The notes under the pieces: model-generated
Told to the model about the DNA's origin: nothing
Database searches by the model: none
Seen by the model: the letters and a program-made list of their open reading frames with translations, nothing else
Program-made: the position numbers and the translations under genes
Source of the DNA: Neodothiora populina
Lineage: Eukaryota
NCBI RefSeq assembly: GCF_041146345.1
Contig: NW_027191413.1
Coordinates: forward strand, 2,666,001 to 2,730,000
Direction of reading: 5' to 3'
DNA length: 64,000 nt
Shown: positions 38,215-50,810 of the stretch, piece after piece
Layout of the letters: every line of letters starts with the position of its first letter
Numbering within the stretch: the stretch's first letter is position 1

Positions 38215-38644
38215 GTCTCGTGCCCTGCCTTGTCTTAGGGCTGCGCTAAAACTCCAGTCGGGAACATTCTACCCTCGTCTCTGTGTCTGGTGTATGCTTG
38301 ATGCCAACTATCCTTCTTAGACCTTAGCAAGCCTTCGCCGACACCGGGCGACTTATGGATTTAGTGGAGATGAGTGTCTCCTATATCTGCTTAAGACAGG
38401 TAACTCTATCTAGGTATGGAAGAGACAGCAGCCATATCTTACAATTGTAATGAATAGTACTTAATGCTAAATTACTGAATTTAGCATAATCACCGACATG
38501 AGGAAACACCTCATAACTAAGAGACACGGCATGTCCGAAGAAGAAGCCAACAAGGCTATCGAGGACTACGGGATTTACGAATCCCGGGAGAGCCAGGTTC
38601 GAATACCGAAAATGAACAGCCGAAGTCAGGGCACATCAGACAGT

Positions 38645-38792
38645 GTCCAGGCATAGGGCCCGGCCGGGCACTATGTACATCTCGGGGAAGTGAGATGCGT
38701 ATATAAAGTCAGCTGAAGCAAGGCATAGTGTATTATAGTATCATTAATAATCTCTCAGATCGCGAATATTCTCCGGTGTGTGCCTGTTCTCT
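38645..38792 (-). repeat. ~130-150-bp dispersed repeat, copy 4
   Basis: Inverted copy of 37743-37886; flanked by ~36-bp direct repeats at 38611-38649 and 38813-38848. Confidence 0.9.
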
Positions 38793-38850
38793 GAGTAGGC
38801 CTGGATGCGCAGAATGAACATCCGAGGTCAGGGCACATCAGACGTCCATA

Positions 38851-38962
38851 CTGACGACACAGTAACTGTGGTTGATCAACCTGTCCTAGTCTTCCTAGAA
38901 TGAGCAGCCAAGACAGAAGAAGACTAGGACAGGTTGATGAACCACAGTCACTGCATTGTTGG
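38851..38962. repeat. Long inverted repeat/hairpin (35-bp core arms, 24-nt loop)
   Basis: CAGTAACTGTGGTTGATCAACCTGTCCTAGTCTTC (38860-38894) versus GAAGACTAGGACAGGTTGATGAACCACAGTCACTG (38919-38953), 2 mismatches. Confidence 0.92.
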
Positions 38963-39364
38963 TTTCTTCTGCTATTGTGACACTTTCATTCAGTGAAGTA
39001 AACAACAGTGCTGGAGCAGGAAGCCGCTCTTCGTATGTGTTTGGATTACTGTCTACCGTTTCATTGTAGAAGGAAAATTAGAGATGAAATACAAAAGACT
39101 GGGTATCTGATAATGTCATGCCATTCCCCATTTATGTATGTGTGTGATTTGTGTGACCGCCCCATTTTTCGCCTTGTTCCCCCATTAATCCCTGCCTGAG
39201 CAGGGGAGCACCTTTCCTGAGCTCCGTCGTCGTGGTTCAGTGGAGCCGGTAGTAGTGGAAAATGAGTAGAGAGAAAAATAACCAAAGGAGCCGTAGAAGA
39301 GAATAAGCCTGGAAGGGGGAGGGGTATCAGATGAAAATAATTTGCACGATGATAGATGCAATGC

Positions 39365-40846
39365 TCAGAGGAAGATCTGCATGACGTGGTTCTTGTTGAC
39401 TTGTTTCCCACAGCCCTGGACTTGACATGCATTGAACGGGCGCGGTAGGACGGGATCGGTGATCTTGGCTTTGCCCTTGCCTTTGGCCTTGGACTTGCGG
39501 TTGACCATGCAATCGCCGCAATAAACCTGATGAAGCTTGTGTTAGTATCTCTGAAGCGATGTGCCGAAAGGCAAAGGCAACTTACGTGACCGCAAGCTTT
39601 CACCACCCAGACTTGCTTCTTCTGATCCGTCTTGCCAAGTCCCAGCTCGTCCTCGCAATTCGGGCAAACGAGAACATCGTCCTCTTCGGGGCTTCTCGTA
39701 AAGCCAGGAGCTGGCTCTGGAGGAGGACTGTATTTCGGCGTCGGAGCTCTTTCCGGGGGTTCGTCGACTACTCCGAAGCCGATGGTCTCGTAGTCCATAG
39801 TCATAGGTACACCAGGGCCAGGTCGTCTAGGGTATCTAGACGCAAAACGGATGATGGTAGCATCGCCATCCTCGTCCTCGTCGGCCACGAAAGCCCGGTC
39901 GCCTCCACCGAGATTCACAAAATGTCCAAACCCCCAGCCCACCGGGCCTCCTGCGCCTATATTTTCTCCTGTCCGTCTTGCTCTTCCTGTGATATATGCG
40001 GCATGTCGACCGCTGGAAAAGTCTCCCTGCCTTGCCTCGCTGTGACGGCCGTGTGGAGGGACGACATTGATTCCTCCTGGTCTGCCCAACGTGCGGACAT
40101 GTACAACCTCGTCGTCATTGTTGTCGTTGGTCAAGTCGAAGAAGCGATACTCTTGTTCATGTATTGGGGGGTGCGGCGTAGCTTGCCGTTCCTGTATCCG
40201 TGACCGTGGTGATCTCGGTCGTTCTGAAACAAATTGAACTTCGGGACTCGAGCGTGGCGGAGGATATTGTGATTGTGTCTGCTGCTGACGCTGTTGCTGT
40301 TCCTCCCATGGTCTCCACGGCGGTTGCTGTTCTTCGTGCAGTGGCGGCGCAGGTCTGGGCTCAGGCGAGGCGGGCTCTGCAGACAGATCTATTATCTCTC
40401 TGCCGAATCGTGGTAGACGTTGATTCCGTACCGGCTGTGCAGGGGCGTCTGGCACCGGGGTGGCGGAAGACGAAGGCATGGAATCGTCGTCGTCGGTAAG
40501 GTCGATTACACTGGTATTGTTACTGTTCATTGTTCGTGCTGGTCTCCGGAAATCCAGCCCATCGCCGGCGTAGCGGGCTCGGAAGGGTGGAAGGGCCAGA
40601 TGAGGGTGTCGTTGCTGCACCGGAAGGGGAGATTCTCGGTCGGGCGTTGTGCTGTCTTGGGGGACAAATAAAGGTGATTGAGACTGCGAATTTCGGTGGG
40701 CAGCCTCCATCTGTGAATAGCTTCTCTGCAAGACAGAAGCAATCAGTATCCGGAAAGAAACATTAATGATAATATCAGTCGCCGCTCACCTTGCCGTGAC
40801 TTTCTTGGCGGTGTGGATTTATGCCATGAGATGGCCCACCTTCCAT
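39365..40846 (-). CDS. SIM-containing RING-like protein, Slx5/Rfp1-type SUMO-targeted ubiquitin ligase subunit
   Basis: Exon 1 MEGGPSHGINPHRQESHGK. SIM-like VIDLTDDDD, IIDLSAE, FFDLTND. C-terminal CPNC..CGH|VYCGDC..CQVQGC after an intron. Confidence 0.8.
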
Positions 40847-40995
40847 TCTTGATTTCTTTGGACGAGAGTAGTAATCAACCGCCCTTGTTGCAATAACCAA
40901 GACGAAATATGCAGACAAGATCCGTGGTACAGATTGCAAGAGCAGCAGGTAAAAGGTACAGTCGCACGACTGCTGAGAATCTAGGCCTTAGCGAG

Positions 40996-41100
40996 GTGCA
41001 AGTGCAAGTGCAAGTGCAAGTGCAAGTGCAAGTGCAAGCAGGTGCAAGCAGGATGGTGTTGTTGAAGGTGTGGGGTAGCGGTAGCGGCAGCGGCAGCGGT
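40996..41100 (+). repeat. Intergenic microsatellites (GTGCAA)7 and (GGTAGC/GGCAGC)n
   Basis: Read directly. Confidence 0.9.
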
Positions 41101-41567
41101 GCGATAGGATAAGGTAGCGTTACAATACAGATCTTGACCTCGTCTGGTGTGTGACGTTGGGCTTGGAGGATTGGCCAAGGTACTTGTGATATTCAGCGTT
41201 CCAGCAGGGTCAGAAGATGAGAGAAGGAAGTGCAGACACGAAGAAGATGCATGTGAAGGTCGGAAGACAGCCTTTCACAGCCTGATGTTTCCATCAACCG
41301 CCATGGTCACTTCGAGGCAGATGTGATCAGTAAGGTAGCTAAGGTACGGTGGCGGTTATTCTTCGAAGCTTATTACTGTACAATTGGAGAAGCCACAAAG
41401 GGCACAATGTTCTCTTCGATAACGATATATAAGTCTGAATGGAGCCTCCATAGCCTCCATAGCCTCCTGGTTTTTAGCATTACAAATCCTTTTCTTTTTG
41501 CCGCATCATTCTTCCTGGCAGTTTCTCGCGAACGCCGTGATACCGGCGGCCATGTATCCCGTTTCCT

Positions 41568-43179
41568 TTAGGTTGACAGAGTGCTGATTGCGCCATCGCT
41601 GGCAAGGGCGAGAAGGCTTTGCGCCTGCGGACCCCACTGCGCGTCAACGGCATTAAGTGCCTTTCTGAACGGCTCTGACCAGCTCTTGGAGCTCTTCGCG
41701 TAGTATTGCACAGCTACAAATCCTTGTCCAGACACTGCGAGGAACTGCCCGGTGTAGTCCCAGCTGACACTTGCCACGGCCGTTCCCATCTCGAGCGTCT
41801 TGATCTCGGCCATCTTGCGAAGATCCCAGATGCTTACACTAGTCTGACCCCTGGACGCAGATGCCAGCCATGTGCCGTTCTCAGAAAAGGAGATTGTCTG
41901 TAGAGGAGCGGTCTGGGTCGTGGATTCGAAATTTGCCACGTTTTCTCCTGATTTCGTGTCAAATAGCTTGATAGCTCCGCCTGCACCGCCGGCGGCGAAC
42001 AAGTGTCCGTCGGGGTGGAAAGCGGCAGTAGTGAGTTCTGTGATGTTTGTTAGCTTGATCGAATTGCAAGTTATCTGACTCAAGTCTCGTACCAGAATCG
42101 CTGAAAATCTGCACAAGCGACTTCAACGAGACAAGATCGTAGAGAATGTAGCTCTTGTCAACTCCAACAGATGCCAGAACATCGCCACAAGGGTGAAGAG
42201 CTAGTGCCGTCGCGACTCCCGCGTGTTGGTCGAAGCTTGCGACTTCTTCGCCATTATCGAACACCTTGACGGATCCAGTTGAGAGAGCAAGCACGGGCTT
42301 GTTGCCATACCAAAGTGCGTCAACAACAGATCCACTGCCACACTGCAGGGTTTGTGTGACCTGCCCTTGTGATAGTGAATATACACCTGCGACACCATCT
42401 GAACCTCCAAGAAGCACCAAGTCGCCGCTCTCGTCCACGGCTAGAGATTGACTGCCTGCATATAGAGGCTCTGAAGTGTTCTTGGCATCGAAGGCCTGCA
42501 ACGATTCTTCAGTGACCCAACCATCGGGAATGGGTCGCTTTCGTCGGGTCGAGGAGAGCTGCTTCTGTGTTTCTTCAATCTTTGCGACAATGGCCTCCGG
42601 GAGACCCTGTCCGTCAACCTGCATAGCATCGCCATTCGATCCATTGGCACCATTCGACGTGATTGACACTTTGGCTAGCGCATCTCTGGCCTCGTCGCGT
42701 TCTCTCTGTAGTCGTGCGATGACTTTCTCGGCAGCATCGTTGTAGTAAAGCGCGGTACTGAGCTCCTGACGCGTCTCTGCCAGTTGCTGCTTCAACTGGT
42801 ACGTCTCCAGCACGATGGCGTCCCATTCATTTTGGAAGGTGGAGAGCAGGGCAGGGATAGAGGTCAGAGTTGGCGGGCGCGGTCGAACAGTGCGAGCTTG
42901 CTTCAGGTCCACGAGGTCCTCCACGGCAAGCTCTTCGCCCGTGACTGGATCAGTGCCGTTCTCAGAAATGTAGGATTCGATCAATCTTTTCTCAAAGACA
43001 TTGCCTATAAGTAGAATAAGCATTGGCGCATTTCTTGTTTGTATGGTGTATTGTCTTACCACTCTTGCGCGAAGCCACAGGCTGTTGGGGCGCCTCTCCA
43101 GAGACTACAGCAGTTGATTAGCGCATTACTACAACATGATCATCCATGTAGTCGGGTAGAACTCACTTGCGCATAACAT
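41568..43179 (-). CDS. PRP19: Pre-mRNA splicing factor Prp19/Cwf8 (U-box, coiled coil, WD40)
   Basis: MLCA|ISGEAPQQPVASRKS|GNVFEKRLIE..GTDPVTGE, TSIPALLSTFQNEWDA, RQELSTALY, WD repeats; three introns. Confidence 0.97.
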
Positions 43180-43553
43180 GATGGCGGTATTTATGTTTCG
43201 CTGTGATTGTTGCTCGCGCGCCATGAAAGGTCCATGTATCACAACCTCAGTTGCAGAGATGTGTTTGCATGTGAGTTTGCATCCATCTTGGCAACAGCGC
43301 TTTCCATCACGGGCAGCTACCACTTCACTTTCAGGCACCTTATCAGGCAACGAGACCATATCGCTCGCACCAATACCCACATGTCAAGAGCTCTGGGAGG
43401 TGATGTTTTCATATGAGAAGAAGACATGTCATTATTTTAGGCATATAGAAAACAGTCAACCCGATCTAGAGTCCCTGATGGCCCACGTGAACGCCTCTTT
43501 CTGATGCCTTTCCACCATATCGAAGTCTACAATCCATTTGATGCTTTTTCCTC

Positions 43554-46288
43554 CTACTCCAGTCCGATCCATTCACCCTCACCCTCTCCGTCTTCATCAT
43601 TACCCATCTCCTCGTCATCATCGCCAACGACAATTTGGTCTTCGACTCGCTTGACCTCTAATAACCCCGATTTCTTGTCCTGCTTTCGCGGTTGGGCAAG
43701 TAGATAAGCAACAGTGTACTCGTTGCTCTCGACCACACTGAAGATGTCCTTCCTGATCTTGCCCACCGCTCTCTGGACCATTCTGACGACTTCTGCGTAC
43801 TCGCCCTGTCTGTCCTTGAGCACTCTTCCGTGGTACTTCAGGAGTGCCTCGAGCCAAATCAGGTTCAGTTCTAGGAAAGGCGAGGTGTCGGACTGTGTGG
43901 CGATGTGACGGAGCAGGCGATCGAGATAGACGATAGGGAGATCTGCCACGACGAGAGGAATGTCGGCGGCAGGTATCGAGCGGTAGACTCGCGTCAGGAG
44001 ACGGGTGCTGTTGAGTCTGAAACACATGACCAGCGCTTGAAGGTACTTGCGCTCCGTCAGTGTCTTCAAAGTCGATGCAGGGGTGATGTCGAGGTCGAGG
44101 TCGAAGGGGTCAAACGCGACAGATGCATCGAGGGAGTAGACGAGGAGTCCTTCGGTTGATGCAGCACAGAAGGAGCGACCAGTGGGTGAAAACGAAACGC
44201 CTGGTACACGGACTTCAGGTCCTATACGCCTGCTCGCCGCGTCACCTCTCTTTGCGCCTGGGAGGGAGTTGTCAAGACGGTCTTCTAGATCCGATGCTTC
44301 GCCTGTTGTGTCAATAAGGCCAGCGGGGCCTGCACCTTCAAGAAGGTTCTTGGAGTTCAAAAACTCCTGTGTTCCCTCCAGTGACAAGTTCACCGAGACA
44401 GTGTACTTGTGCAGTAGAACGCCGCTGGTGACGTCGTAAAGACAGATATATTTGCTGTTGCCCGAGGCAACGACAACACTGCCGTCGGAACTGTAGGAGA
44501 GGCAGTTGAACGACTTTGTTCCTGCCGCATTGGCTGCCGTGCGGCGGTCGGTCAATTTTCTGCCGCCAGAGACATCACGACGTCCGTCTAGTCCGGCTTC
44601 TTGTGTACCCTCAGATAGATTCCAGAAGGTCAATTGGCCATCTAGAGTTGTGACTGCGATTTGTTTGCTGTCTGGTCGCACAGATACGCAGAGAACATCT
44701 GCTTGCAGCTGTAAAGGTTCACTTGTTTGAGTGCGGGCGAACACACTCCATACTCGTACTGTATGGTCCCATGAGCCAGAAACGAGAGCGGTGCTGTTCG
44801 GTGAAAAGGCGAGCGAGGAAACAGGTCCTTCGTGTCCAGAAAGTTGGTCAAGCAACTGCCCAGTCTGAACGTTCCAGATGTGAATGTCAAAGGAGTCGAC
44901 ACTGCCTGCGGCTACGACTTCACCAGATGGATCTACCGCCAGGGATGAGAAAGCCAGCCGACTGGGAGCTGTGAATGTGCGGAAGCTGCGGTAGCGTATC
45001 AGATCCCACGCTCGTATCGAGCCATCCAAAGACGCAGTGAATAGCACGTTTCCTCGTTTCGCAAACTCACACGCTGTCACCGCTGCCGTATGCTCCGTGA
45101 AAGTTACAATGCAGAAGCCCGATGCCACATCCCAGACCTTGATCTTGCCATCGTCAGCGGTGGTGATGATTCTGTCTCCCGAAGGCGAATACGTCAATGC
45201 ATTCAGTTGGTCAAAATGCCCTTGTTGCTTGAGGATGTACGATTCTGACTGCCATTCCCATACCAATAGTTGACCCAGGGCTGAGGCGCCAAAAGCCAGC
45301 CACTCACCGGTAGAGTTGATGGTAACAAAATCGACATCATTTTGCGAAATACTGAGGTTGTGGATCTGATTGAAGTCGGGAAGTTCATAGAGACCAAAAG
45401 TACCATTAGAGAACCCAGCAACAAAGAGATTTGACGAGGGATGAAAAGAGGCGCAGGTCAGATGCGCATCGTTCTGCAGGAAGTAATGGCGCTCGGCGAT
45501 CCTCCATCGGAAATTTTCCTCGATTTCCATCTCTTCCTCGGGAGCATTTCGAGGTGGCAGGTATTGCCACTGGAACAAAGCGCCATCTTTTGAGACTGTC
45601 CATATGGTCTCCTGGTCTGCGGCGAACCATGCGCCATAGACGCCTTGCCTGTGTCCGCCAAGTGTGGTTGCCTGGAAACCTGGCTCCGGGTCGAGACTCC
45701 AAATTCTTGCAGTCAGGTCTTTCGATGCGGAAAGGAAGAAGCGTGAGTCGCTGGACCATTCAATGCTCTGTACAGCATCGTAATGGCCGACATATTCCCT
45801 GTGCTTAACAAAAGGCGCGAAATCGAGACCGCCGTCCTCGGTGTCAGCCGGTGTGGATGGGGTTCGCCATGTCTCAATCTTCCTGCCCAGGGCAACCGCG
45901 AAGTGTTGTCCGGACGGAGAAAAGGATAGCGCAGTGACGGCACCCTTGAAGGAGAAGTAATATAGTGAGATGCGACGTTGAACGTGGGTCAGGATTGCTT
46001 GTCCATCTTCGTCAACCGTGAGGAGAAGGTTGCCCTTGGGATTCAGAGCAAGGCGGGCGATATTCCGTCGGTGGGCGAAGGGCAGAGTATGTGATTTATT
46101 GTTGACAAGGTCGAAGACAGTGACGCGATTGCCTACCGGAGACAACAGACATGTGCCATCGGGACTGAAGCACAGGTTTCCTTTGCGGTATACCGTGCCA
46201 AGAAGGTTGGAGAACTGCGAACAGAGTGAGTAGTGTTGTGGATGAGAGTCGAAAAGCTATAAGACAATACCTTGAAATCAGTCTTCAT
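43554..46288 (-). CDS. PWP2: Periodic tryptophan protein 2 (U3 snoRNP/UTP-B)
   Basis: MKTDFK|FSNLLGTVYRKGNL, GQLLVWEWQSESYILKQQGH, many WD40 repeats, FDPFDLDLDITP. Confidence 0.98.
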
Positions 46289-46882
46289 GATGTGACGCCC
46301 GTAACCCCAGAATGTTTAGATCCTGGAATATGGCAGGAAGGCACGACTGACAGGTCTTCAAAGATGAGGTGATCTATAACCAAAGATTATACGCACCTCG
46401 ATTACAACTTTTTTTGTTCGCGCCGCATGGACTTTAGAAGTTCCGAATCTTCTGCTTCCCCGCAATCCACATCACCGCGCCGCCGATTGGGGTCCTTGGC
46501 GCAGGGTTCACGTTCAATGAATGCAAGCACGGGCCGCCTCGTGTCAAGTCAGGGCAAGGGGAAAGAGGGAGAAGCCACGCTCGATTAAGCAGGCGTGGGA
46601 AAGGAGAAGGTCCAGCACCGTTCGTACCTTACGAATGAATGTTCAACCTTCTGTGCTTCCTGCCTGTTTCTCGTCACATTCGTTCGTAATTCGCAAATCC
46701 CCAGAATTGCACTTCTCCCAAGTTCCTTCCTTATTCATACCTGAGATACCCCCGGCAGCTTCCTGGCATTCGCCGTCAATCGTTGCTGCACTTGCTTCAT
46801 CACCTGACTACAGCTAAACACGACAACACCTTTCATACATCCCCGACATATCTGAACAGCATCGGTTAACAGACTCGACAGC

Positions 46883-48298
46883 ATGGCCGAGACGTTGAAC
46901 CCCATTGGCATTGCCAACGTGAGTGCTGTTGTTGATTGTTCCTAGTTGTGTGTACTGACATGTTCGATTAGCTCCCTAACCAACGGTACGCGCTGCGGTT
47001 TGTCCATGGTGGCCACCATCATCGCTAATATCCATCTAGCCACAAGATCGTCGCCAAACGTGGAGCTGCCTTCACCATCATGGTGCGCCTTGCTCGAACC
47101 TCTTACTATCAAGTGGCTGTTTGCTTATAATAAATCAGGTGGCAGGAGAGTCAGGCCTCGGAAAGACTACCTTCATCAACACTCTTTTCTCCACGACCAT
47201 CAAGAACTACGCAGACCACAGACGCCGTCACCAGAAGCAGATTGACAAGACCGTCGAAATCGAGATCACCAAGGCAGAGCTCGAGGAGAAGTTCTTCAAA
47301 GGTATCGTAGAGCCCAATGCACAGCAAGAGATAACAAAACTTTGTACTGACTTGCATTGGTGCAGTCCGCCTGACCGTTATCGACACTCCTGGATTCGGC
47401 GACTATGTCAACAACCGCGACTCATGGCAACCCATCATCGAATTCCTTGACGACCAGCACGAGTCGTACATGCTCCAGGAGCAGCAGCCACGCCGGGGAG
47501 AAAAGATTGACCTTCGCGTTCACGCCTGTCTCTACTTCATCAGACCCACTGGCCACTCCCTCAAGCCTCTCGACATTGAGGTCATGAAGCGCCTATGCAG
47601 CCGAGTCAATCTGATCCCTGTCATTGCCAAGGCAGACACTCTCAGCCCCCACGACTTGAACGCCTTCAAGGCCAGAGTGAGTCCTTTTCGATCTGTCAGT
47701 TTACGCTAGTATTGATCAATATCAGGTACGCCGCGTCATTGATGCTCAAGGCATCAAGATCTACACGCCCCCACTCGAGGAGGACGACGAGCCTGCCATG
47801 CAGCACGCACAATCCCTGATCAGCGCAATGCCCTTCTCCGTCATTGGCAGCGAGAAGGATGTCTCCACCGCCGACGGTCGCACCGTCAAGGGACGTCAAT
47901 ACGCATGGGGTGTCGCCGAGGTCGAGAACGAGGAGCACTGCGACTTCAAGAAGCTGCGCGCCGTGCTCATTCGCGCTCACATGCTCGACCTGATCCACAC
48001 AACGGAAGAGAACCACTACGAAGCCTACCGTGGCCAACAGATGGAGACGCGCAAATTCGGCGAGGCCAGGCCGCGCAAGCTCGACAACCCCAAGTTTAAG
48101 GAAGAGGAGGAGGCTCTGAGGAAGCGATTCACGGAGCAGGTCAAGGTCGAGGAGCAGAGATTCAGGACCTGGGAGCAGAAGCTCATCTCCGAGAGAGATC
48201 GCCTGAACAAGGACCTCGAGCAGAGTCACGCCGTGATCAAGCAACTGGAGAACGAGGTTGAGGGTATGTCGGGCAGCGTTAGAAGCGGTCGTCGTTAA
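46883..48298 (+). CDS. CDC12: Septin Cdc12/AspC
   Basis: IGIAN|LPNQR|HKIVAKRGAAFTIM|VAGESGLGKTT, DTPGFGD, AKAD, C-terminal coiled coil RKRFTEQVK; five introns. Confidence 0.95.
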
Positions 48299-48807
48299 GC
48301 GGCATTTACCTGGAGTGCAAATGGAGCGAGGTCGGTTTTGGCAGTACGAACAGAAGCAGCAAAAAGCGACGGGGAGAGACTTGAAAGCTTGCGTGCGTGT
48401 GCGTGGTAGCATCAGAGTGCGACGCCGAGATACCTCTTTTTCTTTCTGACTTGAACCCTTGTTGACTGGTGTCGTAGTCGTACTTTTGGTAGATGCAGAG
48501 AGACAGTCGCTGGCTCTTTTCTTTAGGTTTCTCCTTTTCTTTCTTCGCTTACTATAATATCAAGGATATTCCAACAAGTAATACAACCAAGGCAGACCTT
48601 TTTGTGGCATGTGACGAAGGGCGGGGGAGATAAAAGATACATGTATTTTGTGAGATGGAGTTATATACTGGGAGAGATTGATGGTGTTCGGGAGTGGGCA
48701 TCAATACTCGTTGGGGCTGCTACATGTCGACAAGACATGTCCTGACCCTTGTATCGTTAGTGAATGCCGAGTGCGAGCTCGGAGCATCCTTTGCTTTTCT
48801 GACAAGC

Positions 48808-50470
48808 TCATCGTCTGCCACCTCTACCGGCGCCAGCTCCTCCCATACCACCCATACCGCCCATCATCTTCATCAGCGACCCCATATCAGGCATGCCACC
48901 ACCTCCGGCGCCGCCCATGCCGCCCATACTCCTCATCATAGCGCCGAGATCCATACCGCCCAAATTAGGCATGCCGGGCATTCCGCCGGCGCCAGCACCA
49001 CCCGCACCGCCCGCGCCGCCCATGGCAGCCAGTCGTTTCTGCATGGCGGCCATCTGCTGCTTATTATTGCCTCCGCCCATGGCGCCCTGGGCGCGCTGCA
49101 TGTTCTGCATTCCGCCCTTGAACTTCTTGGCCATGCCGCCCATGACTTTCTGCTGCGAGAGCAGCTCCTCGACTTCGCGCACGGAGGTGCCGCTGCCTTT
49201 GGCCACGCGCGTCATGCGCGAAGGTTGGTCGACGAACATGCGCCCGTCCGAGTCGAGCTCCGCCGTCGTCATGCTGTCGCAGATGTAGACCATTCGCTTG
49301 AGCTTCAGGCTGCCTTCTTCGTCGTCCATGGCGCCTGTCATTGATGAGAGCCCTGGGATCATGCCTGCCATTTTGGACAGGGGCCCCATTTTCATGATGT
49401 TGTTGAATTGGTCGCGCAGGTCGCGCAGTGTGAAGTGGCCTTCGGCGATGTGCTTCATTGTGTCTTTCTGGTCGAGCTTGAGGGACTGCACGTGTTCGAC
49501 GAGGCCGGCCACGTCGCCCATTCCGAGCAGTTTGGACACGAAGGATTGCGGGTTGAAGCGCTCGAGGTCGAGGAGGTGCTCGCCGGTTCCGATGAAGACG
49601 ATGGGGGTGTGGGTTGCTGCTACGGCGGAGATGGCGCCGCCGCCGGCCGCTGCTCCGTCGGTTTTGGTGATGATTATGGAGCCGAAGTCGGCGGTTTCTT
49701 TGAAGGCGCGCGATTGGGCTTCGGCGGCTTGGCCGATGGAGGAGTCGAGGACCATGATGGTCTGGTTGGGAGTCACGGCTTGCTGGATCTGCACCATCTC
49801 GTCGAACAGGTCTTGTTCTTGTCTGTGGCGACCTGAGGTGTCGACGATGATGATCTCGAACCTCTCCTTTTTGAACTGCCCCACACCCTCTCTCGCGACG
49901 ACGACGGGGTCCGTCTGGGTCAGGGAGCCGTAGTATGGGATCTTGGCCTTGGTTGCGTTCTGCTTGAGTTGATCAAAGGCACCAGCACGGAAAGTGTCTG
50001 CGCACACGAGGGCGGTCTTGAATCCTCGGGCCTGGTAGTATCGCGCCAGCTTGGTACACGTCGTCGTCTTACCGGCACCCTGGAGACCGACGAACATGAT
50101 GACGTTTGACTTGCCCTTCTTGGGCTGGTAAGGCGTCGTGTGAGGATCGACGAGCTTGACGAGTTCGTCAAAGACTGCTTTTTGGATTATGCGCTTCTTG
50201 TTGGCGCCCGCGGGCAGGTCCTTGAAGTTGACGGATTTCTTGATCGAGTTGCGCAGGCCGGCCACGAGCTTGATGTTGACGTCGGATTCGACGAGGGCAT
50301 TGCAGATCTCTTTGACCATGCCATCGAAGGCCTGTGGTTGTCGTGGTGGTGTCAGTTGCTATTCGATCAGAGAGACTTTGCTGACAATATACCTTTTCGT
50401 CGAGGGTGGCAGCCCTGGTGAGATCGTTGAGGGCGCCATTGATGCGGCGACCTAGATCTTGAAGAACCAT
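48808..50470 (-). CDS. SRP54: Signal recognition particle 54-kDa subunit
   Basis: [34 protein letters not shown], Met-rich M domain and Gly/Met tail; one intron. Confidence 0.98.
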
Positions 50471-50606
50471 GGCGGATCCTGCTGGCTTTGCCTTTTAGAG
50501 AATGTCGGGGTTGGTATACAGAAAGATCAAAGGTGAGCTGGCAATTGGAGGATTATCGCTATAATAGAACATGTGGGGAACCTTGCAGAACCCAGGAGGC
50601 GGCGGT

Positions 50607-50637
<31 letters not shown>

Positions 50638-50810
50638 AGGAAGCCCGAGCGTGCGGCGGGGCGGAATACCTACTCTTGGCACGTCACATCCGCCGCAACA
50701 AAGTCCTTGGCCGAAATTCTCCAGGGTCTTTCTTCACTACTGAGATCTTTCTGCGCCGTCTCACTAGGATAATCTTTTCCCTTGCAAACAACAAAAGTGA
50801 CACCATAAAA

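Larger units (their letters stand above)
36910..38656. pseudogene. Scrambled fragments of a multi-C2H2 zinc-finger gene on both strands
   Basis: (+) CPMSDC..LKKHIKEQH..WSPKPCEH at ~37020-37140. (-) CTKNTGC..FARHQSAC at ~37385-37310. (-) EQHDQVFE*SPKS at ~37550-37500. (+) acidic stretch 37606-37745. (+) C*ITEF..DMRKHLITKRHGM at 38465-38656. Confidence 0.65.

Noticed and set aside
39061..39364. C-terminal extension of the 556-aa ORF
   Set aside because: Read-through of an intron; splicing completes the RING-like domain and stops at 39365.
50571..50810. Poly-Gly N-terminal extension of Rrp15
   Set aside because: It is a (GGC/GGT)n tract in the SRP54/RRP15 shared promoter; ATG 50811 (AAAATGG) is the more plausible start.
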